Shown here: piece after piece, positions 48,383 through 57,225 of the stretch | How positions within the stretch are numbered: the first letter of the stretch is position 1 | How the letters are laid out: each line of letters starts with the position of its first letter | Source of the DNA: an uncultured bacterium | GTDB taxonomy: Bacteria > Abyssobacteria > SURF-5 | DNA: 64,000 bases | Direction: 5' to 3' | Assembly (NCBI GenBank): GCA_964607485.1 | Contig: CAZSKP010000008.1 | Span: 69,168-133,167, forward strand | Notes under the pieces: generated by a model | The model's database searches: none | Told to the model about the DNA's origin: nothing | Seen by the model: the letters and a program-made list of their open reading frames with translations, nothing else | Made by a program: the position numbers and the translations under genes

Positions 48383-48447
48383 GTCGTTCTGAGCGAAGCG
48401 AAGAATCTCTATCGCGTTGGGGCAAAACGAGATGCTTCGCTGCGCTC
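48383..48447. repeat. MITE-like element copy G (minimal 65-bp form)
   Basis: TGGTCGTTCTGAGCGAAGCGAAGAATCTC...GAGATGCTTCGCTGCGCTCAGCATGACATCC. Confidence 0.75.
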
Positions 48448-48579
48448 AGCATGACATCCCTTCGTGATAAAAAAATATGGGGAGAGAAAATGGGGAAACT
48501 GCTCCGCCGTTGAGGATTGCTCCTCAATCGTGTATAATCCAAAAAACGCATCCCAGCTTCTTTCCCGGTCGAAATCAAG

Positions 48580-49740
48580 ATGGACTTTTTGTTACCCGAA
48601 CATGCTCGCCTGCTCCGCGACTCGCTCCGGCGATTCATAGAGCAGGAACTGCTTCCTCGCGAAAATGAGGTGTGCCTGGAGGACGACTCTGCGCTGCCCC
48701 GGGGGCTGATGGATTGGACGCGGAGACGCGCCGTCGAGCTGGGGTTTTACGGAGTATTCATGCCCGAGGAGGTCGGCGGCCGCGGGCTCGGGCGCGTCGG
48801 AATGGTCGCGCTCAAGGAGGAAATCGCGCGGTCGGGCAGTCATCTTGCCGAGCTGGTTCTCGGCGACAACGGCGGGCCGTCTCGGCTGCTGCTCGAATCG
48901 AGCGACCACGTCCGCGACAACTATCTGATTCCCGCGATGCGCGCCGAGAAGTTTTCCTGCTTCGCCCTGTCGGAGCCCAATGCCGGCTCCGACGCCGCCA
49001 GCATCGAGACGACGGCCGTGAGAAACGGCGACTCGTATCTGCTGAACGGCGTGAAGCACATGGTCTCGCAGGGCGCCCGCGCCGACTACGCCATAGTGTT
49101 CGCCGTCACGAACAAGGCGCTGAGGGCACGCGGCGGCATATCCTGCTACGTCGTGGACATGGACAGTCCGGGCCTGAGGATCGCGGGGCGACATCGCCCG
49201 ATGGGCGGGTTCACCGAGCCGGTGGAAATCGTGTTCGAGGATTGCGTGGTTCCTGCCTCGAACATGGTGGGGCCGGAGGGATTCGGGTTCGTGATGGCGA
49301 TGCGCTGGCTCGCCGACGGGCGGCTGGCGATGGCGGCGACGGCCGTCGGATTGGCGGAACTGCTTCTCGACCTGTCGGTCAAGCACGTAAAGAGCCGCGG
49401 CCGGCCGTTCGGCTCGACGGCTGAAGAGGGAGCCGTCCGGAATATGCTGGCAAACATGGCGACGGAGCTGTACGGCGCGAGAATGATGGTGTACGACACG
49501 GCGTGGCGGGCCGACAACGGCGATGACGTCCATCGAGAATCCTCGATGACGAAGCTGTTTGCGACAGAGACGGCCGACCGTTGCGCCGACGCCGCCGTGC
49601 AGATTCACGCAGAGGCGGGCTGCACGCACGGGAGCGCCGTGGAGAGAATATATCGCGACGTGAGAGCCATGCGAATAGGGGAGGGCACGTCCGAGATACA
49701 CCGGATGATAATAGCCAAGAGCCTGCTCAGGAAAACGTGA
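48580..49740 (+). CDS. Acyl-CoA dehydrogenase
   Basis: ACAD pattern across N, middle and C domains (…YLLNGVKHMVSQG…, …IGEGTSEIHRMIIAK). Confidence 0.85.
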   Translation: MDFLLPEHARLLRDSLRRFIEQELLPRENEVCLEDDSALPRGLMDWTRRRAVELGFYGVFMPEEVGGRGLGRVGMVALKEEIARSGSHLAELVLGDNGGPSRLLLESSDHVRDNYLIPAMRAEKFSCFALSEPNAGSDAASIETTAVRNGDSYLLNGVKHMVSQGARADYAIVFAVTNKALRARGGISCYVVDMDSPGLRIAGRHRPMGGFTEPVEIVFEDCVVPASNMVGPEGFGFVMAMRWLADGRLAMAATAVGLAELLLDLSVKHVKSRGRPFGSTAEEGAVRNMLANMATELYGARMMVYDTAWRADNGDDVHRESSMTKLFATETADRCADAAVQIHAEAGCTHGSAVERIYRDVRAMRIGEGTSEIHRMIIAKSLLRKT

Positions 49741-49791
49741 GGCTGTCGACAAACCGAATCAACCCGATTGATTCGTTGCTGCGGAACTGAT

Positions 49792-50343
49792 ATGGGCGAG
49801 AAGAGAAACGATTCCTCAAGGAAACCCAAGAAGTCGAGGCCGGTCGAATTCGGCAAAGACAGCAGGGAGATATATCTGCTCGAAGACGGTGCGCCTCGCT
49901 ATGAACTCCGGATCGACCGCGAGGGAAGGTGGTTCCATGAAGGTGTCGAGATCGTTCGCGAAGACATCCGCAATCTCTTTTCCCGCAACCTCGCGCGCTG
50001 CGACGACGGCGGCTATTGCGTGCGGATAGGGGCCGACGAATCCCCCGTCGTCGTCGAAGACGCGCCGTTCGTGGTCGTTCGCGTAACAGAGGAGCCACGC
50101 AGTAGCGGGCCGCGCGGCGGGCTTACGCTGCTGCTGAACGACGGCGGCCTCGAGCCGTTCGACGCGCGAACGCTCGAGTTTAGAGATGCGAACGTCCCGT
50201 ACTGTCGGGTGCGGGCCGATCTGGAGGCCCGGTTCTTGAGGGCGGCCTACTATCAACTTGCCAAGTTCATAAGGCACGACGAGGCCGGCGACACGTATTA
50301 TCTGGAGCTGGGCGGTGAGCGCATCGAAATCGAAATTCCATAG
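49792..50343 (+). CDS. DUF1285-like protein
   Basis: Pattern EIYLLEDGAPRY...WFHEGVEIVREDIRNLFSRNLARCDDGGYCVRIGADESPVVVEDAPFVV resembles DUF1285; unverified. Confidence 0.5.
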   Translation: MGEKRNDSSRKPKKSRPVEFGKDSREIYLLEDGAPRYELRIDREGRWFHEGVEIVREDIRNLFSRNLARCDDGGYCVRIGADESPVVVEDAPFVVVRVTEEPRSSGPRGGLTLLLNDGGLEPFDARTLEFRDANVPYCRVRADLEARFLRAAYYQLAKFIRHDEAGDTYYLELGGERIEIEIP

Positions 50344-50362
50344 CGGGAGGAGGTCGAGGCGC

Positions 50363-51139
50363 ATGCGAATCTCAGGGCTGGTGGCGGTATTGTTGTGCGC
50401 GCTCGCTTTCGGCTCGTGTGCGCAGACCCGGACGGTCAAGACGAAGATATACGAAGACCGGCGGACGGGCGTAACGCTCCACAGGGCGGTCGGCCGCGAC
50501 AAGGTTCCTTTCGCCAAGGGCTATTCACACCCCGCCGCGTTTGCGGTTGACGATTTGAAATTCCTTCTGGGAGCGATAGGCTACCAGGAAAAGGGACTCT
50601 TCGGCTGGACGGAGGTCAAGAGGGTGTTCACGGCCGACGAACTCTACCGGATGACGCCTCACATGGTCGAAGCGTTTGCCAAGGCGACGCCCGATGATGA
50701 AGTGCTTTTTCGGCTGACAACCGCCAAGCGCAGAGCGTTTTTTTTCTCGGAGCGTTTCACCAACGGCAGGATGTACGTGAAGGATGGAAAACTCAACTGC
50801 CTGTTTGACAACGTCGATGTGAGCCCCTCCTCGACCGACATCTATGACGGTGACCCGCGGAATTACTATTCGGGAACATCGTGGAGGCTTGCGAAGAACG
50901 ACTGGCAGAGCCTCGTCGAGGACGAGAAGGGAACTCACTACAACTGGATCGAGCTGGATATAGAGCGCGGGCTGGCGGAGAAGAGTCGCAGGGAGCGAGC
51001 GCTACGGGAAAGACTTGAGCGTCGTCGCGCTGAAGAACCCAAAGTGCAACCTGAAAAGGGCCACTGGGAGGACTGGGAACCGAACGAGGCGGTCGAAGGA
51101 GAAATGGAAGGGGACGTGTACTTTCCGCCGTCCGAATAG
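50363..51139 (+). CDS. Hypothetical lipoprotein
   Basis: GGGAGGAGG RBS; signal + lipobox LAFGSCAQ; acidic C-terminal tail. Confidence 0.55.
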   Translation: MRISGLVAVLLCALAFGSCAQTRTVKTKIYEDRRTGVTLHRAVGRDKVPFAKGYSHPAAFAVDDLKFLLGAIGYQEKGLFGWTEVKRVFTADELYRMTPHMVEAFAKATPDDEVLFRLTTAKRRAFFFSERFTNGRMYVKDGKLNCLFDNVDVSPSSTDIYDGDPRNYYSGTSWRLAKNDWQSLVEDEKGTHYNWIELDIERGLAEKSRRERALRERLERRRAEEPKVQPEKGHWEDWEPNEAVEGEMEGDVYFPPSE

Positions 51140-51186
51140 CCCTGAGCATCGCCGCCTACTCTCCGCGGCTCATGCCGAAAGCGGGG

Positions 51187-52728
51187 TCAGGAACGGTCGC
51201 CCTTGACCATGTTCGCGACCAGCTTGCGAAGCTCCTTTTTTTGAATCTTGCCGATGGGATTCTTCGGCATCGAGTCTAGGAATTCGATCTTTCTCGGGCA
51301 CTTGTATTTTGCCAGGTGCGACCGGCAGTGGGCGATCAGTTCCTCGGCGTTCGCCCGACCGTCGGGCTTGAGCGTCACGTATGCGACCACTTCTTCCCCC
51401 ATCAGCTCGTCCGGCATGCCCACAACCGCCGCCTCGGCGACCGCCGGGTGCTTGTGGAGAACCTCCTCGATGTCTTTCGGGTAGATGTTGAACCCGCCCC
51501 GAATGATGAGGTCCTTCTTCCGTTCCACGATGTACAGGTGGGCGTCCTCGTCGAGATATCCCATATCGCCCGTGTGCAGCCATCCGCCCCGGAGCACCTG
51601 CTGCGTCTCCTCGGGCATCTTGTAGTAGCCCTTCATCACGTTATCGCCCCGGCACACGACTTCTCCGACCGTGTTCGGCGGAAGCTCGTTGTCGTTCTCG
51701 TCGAAAATCTTCACCTCGACGCCTACCAGCGCCGGGCCGACGGAACCCAGCTTGCGGGGAACTGACTCCCTCTGAACGGCCACGTTGGGCGACGCCTCGG
51801 TCAGCCCGTAGCCCTGATACATCTCTCCTCCGAACTTCTCCTCGAACTGTCGGAGTTTTTCTTTGGGCATAGGGGCCGCGCCGACAAGCCAAGAGGTAGC
51901 GGATGATGTGTCATATTTGTCGGCGTCGGGATAGTGAAGCATGTAAATGAACATCGTCGGCACGCCGGCCATGGCGGTGACGCGGTACTTCTCTATGGAG
52001 CGAAACACGACCTCGAGGTCGAACCAGCGCAGGAGCACCCCCCTTCCCTTCCTGTCGCTCACATACCCGGCCACGAGCAGCCCCAGCCCGTAGGAGTGCG
52101 AAAGCGGCAGCACCGACAGGAACACGTCGCCTCGGTCGGTGTCGCCCGCCGTATTCTTCGAGTTCAGCGCGTTGGCGCGGAGGTTCTTGTGCGAGAGCAT
52201 GACGCCCTTTGGCCTGCCGGTGGTTCCCGAGGTGTACAGCAGTGCGGCCATGTCTTCGTCGTCGGTGGGGTGGATGGAATCTTCCGGCTCCGACTCGGCG
52301 ACGAGCCGGTTGAACGAAATCGTGCCGGGATGCTCCTCGTCCCCGACGATTATCGCGTGCTGCAGCGAGGGAGCGTTTTGTCGGGCTTCCTCGACCTTGT
52401 ACAGGAACTCGGGCGCGGTTATTATGGCGACAGCCTCACAGTCGGCGGCGATGTAGGAAACTTCGTGCGCATCCAGGAGGAAAAGAACCGGCACGATCAC
52501 GGCCCCTATCCGCCATATCGCCGGGTATGACATCAACACTTCCGGACAGTTCGGCATGAGCACCATGACCCTGTCGCCCGGCTGAATGCCGAGACGTTTC
52601 AGCCCGCGCGCGAGTCGTTTGGAGTTTTCGTGCATTTGCACGTTCGTGTGTTCCTTGTCCTCGAAAATCAGTGTGACGTATTCTCCGAATTCACGAATTT
52701 TCCGTCCAGCCAGCTCAGCCAGGTTCAT
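51187..52728 (-). CDS. AMP-dependent synthetase/ligase (fatty-acid--CoA ligase-like)
   Basis: YTSGTTGRPKGV, GEVVCRGDNVMKGY, WLHTGDMGY motifs. Confidence 0.8.
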   Translation of the reverse strand: MNLAELAGRKIREFGEYVTLIFEDKEHTNVQMHENSKRLARGLKRLGIQPGDRVMVLMPNCPEVLMSYPAIWRIGAVIVPVLFLLDAHEVSYIAADCEAVAIITAPEFLYKVEEARQNAPSLQHAIIVGDEEHPGTISFNRLVAESEPEDSIHPTDDEDMAALLYTSGTTGRPKGVMLSHKNLRANALNSKNTAGDTDRGDVFLSVLPLSHSYGLGLLVAGYVSDRKGRGVLLRWFDLEVVFRSIEKYRVTAMAGVPTMFIYMLHYPDADKYDTSSATSWLVGAAPMPKEKLRQFEEKFGGEMYQGYGLTEASPNVAVQRESVPRKLGSVGPALVGVEVKIFDENDNELPPNTVGEVVCRGDNVMKGYYKMPEETQQVLRGGWLHTGDMGYLDEDAHLYIVERKKDLIIRGGFNIYPKDIEEVLHKHPAVAEAAVVGMPDELMGEEVVAYVTLKPDGRANAEELIAHCRSHLAKYKCPRKIEFLDSMPKNPIGKIQKKELRKLVANMVKGDRS

Positions 52729-52794
52729 TGCTGCCTCCTGCGCTCCTTTCAGATTACGCCAAAAAAAACAGGCGCCACGTAAGACTTCTTGCTA

Positions 52795-52823
52795 TTGACA
52801 GAAATCGAGATACATGTTAAAAT
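52795..52823 (+). promoter_or_regulatory. Consensus sigma70-like promoter TTGACA-17-TAAAAT
   Basis: Exact -35 and 17-bp spacer, no downstream plus-strand ORF; followed by a structured GC-rich segment ending in T7. Confidence 0.45.
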
Positions 52824-52829
52824 ATGTTT

Positions 52830-52924
52830 GAGCGATAGGCCCTTCCCGGGGGTCCTGAGTGTTCCCCTCCATAGGTGGGCAAAAGCTCAGGAAAGAACGA
52901 CCCCGGGAGGCACGCTCTTTTTTT
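52830..52924 (+). ncRNA. Candidate ~95-nt structured small RNA
   Basis: From predicted +1 to T7: nested helices GAGCG/CGCUC (outer), CCUUCCCGGGG/CCCCGGGAGG, CUGAG/CUCAG, then UUUUUUU. Converges on the stop of the DUF3800 gene and could alternatively be only its terminator. Confidence 0.3.
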
Positions 52925-53570
52925 ATGGCAAGTAGAGTCCATCATGAAGAATCTTGCCTTGAAATATATCGTACCACTTTCTATCGCGCTTTTCGTATTT
53001 CCTGAATATTCCCCAAGCGAACAAGTCTGTGGCCTGTAAGACTTTATCGTCCTGACTGGACAAATGGTCTATTGCCACGGGAACTTTCGTCGGGTCGAAC
53101 CGAGATTTCAGTTGAGTCAATACATAATTATTGAATTCAGCGATTTCCGGTTTTGCTTTGCATTTATCTAAGACGAGCTGCACCCTGTCTGTAGCTTGCT
53201 CAAAAGGAATCTTATCCAGCGTCAACCTTGCGATCCAATTATAGACCCTGTCTTTCTCCCTGGTAAGGTGTTCAAAAACTCTCTTCTTGTTCAAGGTCAC
53301 TGAATATATGCCGAACTTGTCGTTTTCGATTCTGCTAAAGAAATATTTCTTGACACTCAATGCCGTGTTAGTTCCTTTGAGTTCCTGAACTCTATCTTCT
53401 CTTGACTTGTTGAGCTTCCTTCTCAATGTTTTCTCAACCATCTTCCCGATATGTTTGAAGGAATTCCGGTCAGAAGTGGCGAGTATGCAAACTGTGAAAA
53501 AATTAGAGGGCTTCTTGTTCACGAAATCGAATCCCAAATCACCGCTCTCATCAAGATATAGCCACCACAC
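52923..53570 (-). CDS. DUF3800-family protein (AT-rich islet)
   Basis: N-terminal WWLYLDESGDLGFDF hallmark of DUF3800; low-GC codon usage. Confidence 0.65.
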   Translation of the reverse strand: MWWLYLDESGDLGFDFVNKKPSNFFTVCILATSDRNSFKHIGKMVEKTLRRKLNKSREDRVQELKGTNTALSVKKYFFSRIENDKFGIYSVTLNKKRVFEHLTREKDRVYNWIARLTLDKIPFEQATDRVQLVLDKCKAKPEIAEFNNYVLTQLKSRFDPTKVPVAIDHLSSQDDKVLQATDLFAWGIFRKYEKRDRKWYDIFQGKILHDGLYLP

Positions 53571-53787
53571 TCTGAAACCCCCTATATGTCTCGTAAGTCA
53601 TTAGATGTTATCGTGTCAAACTGATTAAGTCAAGAGAGGTTGAGCTATGCGCTGTAAATGCCGAGACTCCTTTCCTCTCGTCAGGACATTATCCAGGTCG
53701 GGTTGCTCTGGATTAACGTATCTGATAGAATATGATTGTAACCGTCACGCGTCACGATGATGGCAAATTTATCCGGGAGAATATGTA

Positions 53788-54087
53788 ATGGCCGACACGG
53801 CTGATGGAAAGACGCTCGAACAGACAGAGGAAAGACTCCTCAAGGGTTCCGAGAAATACGCACAGCGGGCGGGCTACAAATTGAACCCTGACACCGAGGT
53901 GGTCAGGACCATCATATCCGGACTCGCGAAAAACAAGGCGAAACACGGGCGCGCATATTGTCCGTGCATGTTTGTCACCGGCGACCCCGACGAGGACAAG
54001 AAAATCATATGCCCTTGCCGGGTTCACCGAGAGGATATAGAGAAGCACGGGAAGTGTCATTGCGGGCTTTTCGTGAAGGCGAACTGA
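53788..54087 (+). CDS. Ferredoxin-thioredoxin reductase catalytic-subunit-like protein
   Basis: 99 aa with CPCM...CPCR...CHCGLF cysteine pattern typical of the FTR catalytic chain. Confidence 0.6.
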   Translation: MADTADGKTLEQTEERLLKGSEKYAQRAGYKLNPDTEVVRTIISGLAKNKAKHGRAYCPCMFVTGDPDEDKKIICPCRVHREDIEKHGKCHCGLFVKAN

Positions 54088-54145
54088 GCCAACCGCCCTC
54101 CGAAAGCGGCCCGGTTTCCGGCCCATCCACAGCGACAGCACTCAC

Positions 54146-55075
54146 GTGGCAAGAAGAGCCGTCATAACATCCTTCGCGAAGATCAACCTCTTCCTCGACG
54201 TCGTCTGCAAGCGGCGCGACGGCTATCACAACATCGAGACCGTGCTCCAGACCGTCGGGCTCAGCGACGTCATGGAGATAGAGGTCACCTCGACGGGAGT
54301 CGAAATAAGCTGTGACGACCCTGCCGTTCCAACCGACGAGAGCAACCTCGCCTGCAAGGCGTTTCTCGGGCTGAAAGAAGCCCTGGGCTACAGGGGCGGC
54401 GTCAGAATAAGAATAGAAAAGAATATTCCACCGCGCTCGGGGCTCGGAGGCGGCAGCTCCAACGCGGCCGCGACGCTCGTGGCGTTGAATCACCTCCTAG
54501 AAGGCGGATTGTCCGACGACCGACTGCGGGAGATTGCCGCGGGCATAGGCGCGGATGTCCCCTTCTTCATCTCGGGAGGACTCGCCGCCGCCTGGCGGAT
54601 AGGCGACAAGCTCGCACCGCTTCCGGCGCCGCCCAGGAGCTTGATTGTGCTCGCGATACCCCGCGACCTTGGGGTGTCCACTGCGGCGGCATATCGCATG
54701 GTCGCCGCTCCGGAATGCGAAGGGCCCGTGCCCGAAAAGCTGTCGGAATGCAGCGGCAGGCTGAACGCGTGCGTGAAGGCGCTCGACTCGCCCAGCCCGC
54801 TGGGGATGAATGAGGAGGTCGGAACGGTTCTGCATAACAGTTTGGAGCAGCCCGTGTTCTCGCTGCACCCCGAAATCGCCGAGCTAAAGGCTCTGCTGCT
54901 TGGGGCGGGCGCGAAGGGCGCGCTGATGAGCGGGTCGGGCAGCGCGGTTTTCGGTCTGGCCGAATCGTTCGAGCACGCCGAGGAAATCATGAGGGCGGTC
55001 GGAAGGTCCGCCTCCTGCACGTGCCTCACGGTTGCAACGGTCGGCTGCGGGTCGGAGCTGCAATCGCAAAGGTAA
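54146..55075 (+). CDS. ispE: 4-(cytidine 5'-diphospho)-2-C-methyl-D-erythritol kinase
   Basis: GHMP kinase motif PPRSGLGGGSSNAAATL; N-terminal KINLFLDV. Confidence 0.85.
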   Translation: MARRAVITSFAKINLFLDVVCKRRDGYHNIETVLQTVGLSDVMEIEVTSTGVEISCDDPAVPTDESNLACKAFLGLKEALGYRGGVRIRIEKNIPPRSGLGGGSSNAAATLVALNHLLEGGLSDDRLREIAAGIGADVPFFISGGLAAAWRIGDKLAPLPAPPRSLIVLAIPRDLGVSTAAAYRMVAAPECEGPVPEKLSECSGRLNACVKALDSPSPLGMNEEVGTVLHNSLEQPVFSLHPEIAELKALLLGAGAKGALMSGSGSAVFGLAESFEHAEEIMRAVGRSASCTCLTVATVGCGSELQSQR

Positions 55076-55225
55076 TTTCCCCGATTGCGCGCCCAGTATG
55101 GGTGTGATAATATAAATAGACAACGTGTCGCCGTGAGCCTTTCGGTTTTCGATAGATTGCGAAACAACCGGGGAGGAGGATAACGGGGAAGGGGTCGCAA
55201 GAAATCTCTTTTCCGGAGTCAGGTA

Positions 55226-55762
55226 ATGGTTTCTGCGAAGGCAAAATTGACTCCGTCGGACGTGAGAGAAAGCCGGTTCTTTGTCGATTTCTCCGACAGA
55301 GAGATAGCCGAGTTGTTGAGAGTGTGCGATGTGCACGTTTTCAAGCCCGGAGAAATCGTCGTGAGAGAGCGCGACGTTTCGCAGGATATTTTTGTGGTCC
55401 TTTCGGGGAGGGTGCGCATCGGGAAAGCATTGTACGCCGGTGACGAAAAAGAGATCGACTCCCTCGGGCCGGGAGAATTTTTCGGTGAAATGGCGTTTCT
55501 GGACGGCGGTCCCCGGTCGGCCAATGTGTCCTGTGTCGAGGAGTCCACGCTGCTCAGGATTGACAGACACTCCTTCGAGAAACTGGTCGCAAGACGACCG
55601 GGCATCGGCTATAAGGTGACGATGAAGATAGCCTGCGCGCTTGCCGAACGCCTCCGCGCGTCGAACGACGTGGTCGAAGACTTCTTTTCCAATCCCAACA
55701 AGGCCATCGTCGAGTTCAAGACACGCCTCCTGAAGATACAGACCATGCTGATGAGGAGATGA
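55226..55762 (+). CDS. Cyclic-nucleotide-binding domain protein
   Basis: cNMP-binding signature FGEMAFLDGGPRSANV...RID. Confidence 0.75.
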   Translation: MVSAKAKLTPSDVRESRFFVDFSDREIAELLRVCDVHVFKPGEIVVRERDVSQDIFVVLSGRVRIGKALYAGDEKEIDSLGPGEFFGEMAFLDGGPRSANVSCVEESTLLRIDRHSFEKLVARRPGIGYKVTMKIACALAERLRASNDVVEDFFSNPNKAIVEFKTRLLKIQTMLMRR

Positions 55763-57006
55763 CCGTCCGCTTCCATTTCGGCGCAGGAGTCGAACCCGCC
55801 GAGCGCAGGCAGAAGACGGCCGCCCTCGGCTCAGCCCTCACAGCCGCACTCCTCATAATTTTCATTGGCGTATGTCCGGCGAGCGGCGAACATTTTTACA
55901 GCGACAAGTTCGACCGTCGCACGAATGCTACTTCCGCCACGCTCCATTCCCAAATTCTCGGCCGTGAAATTCATTATTCAATCTATCTGCCGCCGAGCTA
56001 CTTTGAGCAGCCCGTTCGAGAGTATCCCGTCATTTACTATCTGCACGGTTTCGACACAAAAGGGGTCGGGTATCAAGACTGGCTCACCTGGCATCTGGAC
56101 GAACTGCTTGACGGACTGATCGCGGCCGGGGCGGTTCGGGAAATGGTCGTGGTCATGCCCGAGTGTTTTGCCAGCGGGATTGTTGTAAACTGGGGGCGCT
56201 ATCCTCCGCCGAGGCTGCCGCCGCCGCTCACGTTTCCCTTCAGGCTGCTGCGGGGCGCGTGTCGCTCCGCCGCCGAGCCGACCTACCTGGGCACCTATCT
56301 CTTTCTCCACCGGTGGGACCTCACGCGTTCCGATTATGCCGATTTCCTGACGACCGAATTCTTCCGGCACATAGAGGAGAACTACCGCGTAAAGGGCGAA
56401 AGAAATTTCCGCGCCGTTTGCGGTTTCTCGACCGGAGGCCATAGCGCCCTGTCGATAGCGTTTCAGAATGCCGACCTGTTCGACTCGGTCAGCGCGCATG
56501 CCCCCATACTGGTCTCCTGCTCGCCGTTCTCACGCCGCGCAGGGGAAGCATTTGTGGAGTTCGACCCCAAGCGAGGCGAATTCGTCGCCCAACGCTTCAC
56601 GATAAACCTGCTTCGCAGAATCTTTGCAAACGAGGAGACGTGGCGGGCCAATAACCCCATCGACCTCGCACGCGGGCGGGCCTTTGAGGGACTGAGCATG
56701 TACATAGATGTTGCCGAGGGGGACAAGAGGAAGTATGACCTGGGAGCACGCGAACTCGTCGCCGCCTTGAGCGAGCGCGGGGCGCCGGTGCAATTCGAAT
56801 TGGTCAAGGGGCTGTCGCCGGTCTCGAGTCACACGTATCCGGGGTTTCTAGGCGGGAAGCTCGTCGCGGAACGCACACGGGGCATGTCGGAAAAAGAACT
56901 CCGCAGGCGGTACGGTTGGAAGAACTTGAAGAACCTCATCGACCCGAGCGTTCAACGGCTCGAGCACTCGCTGAGGTTCCACTCGAGAGAATTTTCCAGG
57001 GAATGA
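55759..57006 (+). CDS. Esterase-family alpha/beta hydrolase (esterase D/enterochelin-esterase-like)
   Basis: YPVIYYLHG and nucleophile elbow GFSTGG; 4-bp overlap (ATGA) with upstream gene. Confidence 0.7.
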   Translation: MTVRFHFGAGVEPAERRQKTAALGSALTAALLIIFIGVCPASGEHFYSDKFDRRTNATSATLHSQILGREIHYSIYLPPSYFEQPVREYPVIYYLHGFDTKGVGYQDWLTWHLDELLDGLIAAGAVREMVVVMPECFASGIVVNWGRYPPPRLPPPLTFPFRLLRGACRSAAEPTYLGTYLFLHRWDLTRSDYADFLTTEFFRHIEENYRVKGERNFRAVCGFSTGGHSALSIAFQNADLFDSVSAHAPILVSCSPFSRRAGEAFVEFDPKRGEFVAQRFTINLLRRIFANEETWRANNPIDLARGRAFEGLSMYIDVAEGDKRKYDLGARELVAALSERGAPVQFELVKGLSPVSSHTYPGFLGGKLVAERTRGMSEKELRRRYGWKNLKNLIDPSVQRLEHSLRFHSREFSRE

Positions 57007-57018
57007 TGTTCAGGTTGA

Positions 57019-57147
57019 GCCGCCCGCGCGGTTCACTGGCCTAGCCAAATCATCAGCGACTTGAGCGTTACGGCCAGCACCGACGCGACCAGAATCAGCA
57101 CAAGCAGGAAAAAGCCGATTGTGTAGCGGGACTGCTCTTCTTTGTGT
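57019..57147 (-). CDS. Possible 42-aa small membrane protein (not in ORF track)
   Basis: MKGQHKEEQSRYTIGFFLLVLILVASVLAVTLKSLMIWLGQ; GGGGGGG 5 nt upstream of ATG; downstream of the GGDEF gene. Confidence 0.3.
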
Positions 57148-57225
57148 TGCCCTTTCATGACGCCCCCCTTGAAGAGCCTTCCGAATTCCTCGCTTTCTCC
57201 TTTCCTCTCCTTAGCAAAGATTATA

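Noticed and set aside
52830-52924. Considered SRP RNA, 6S RNA, tmRNA or tRNA for the structured RNA candidate
   Set aside because: No domain-IV GGAA/AGCAG motif, wrong size for 6S/tmRNA, no cloverleaf/CCA. Left as an unclassified candidate only.
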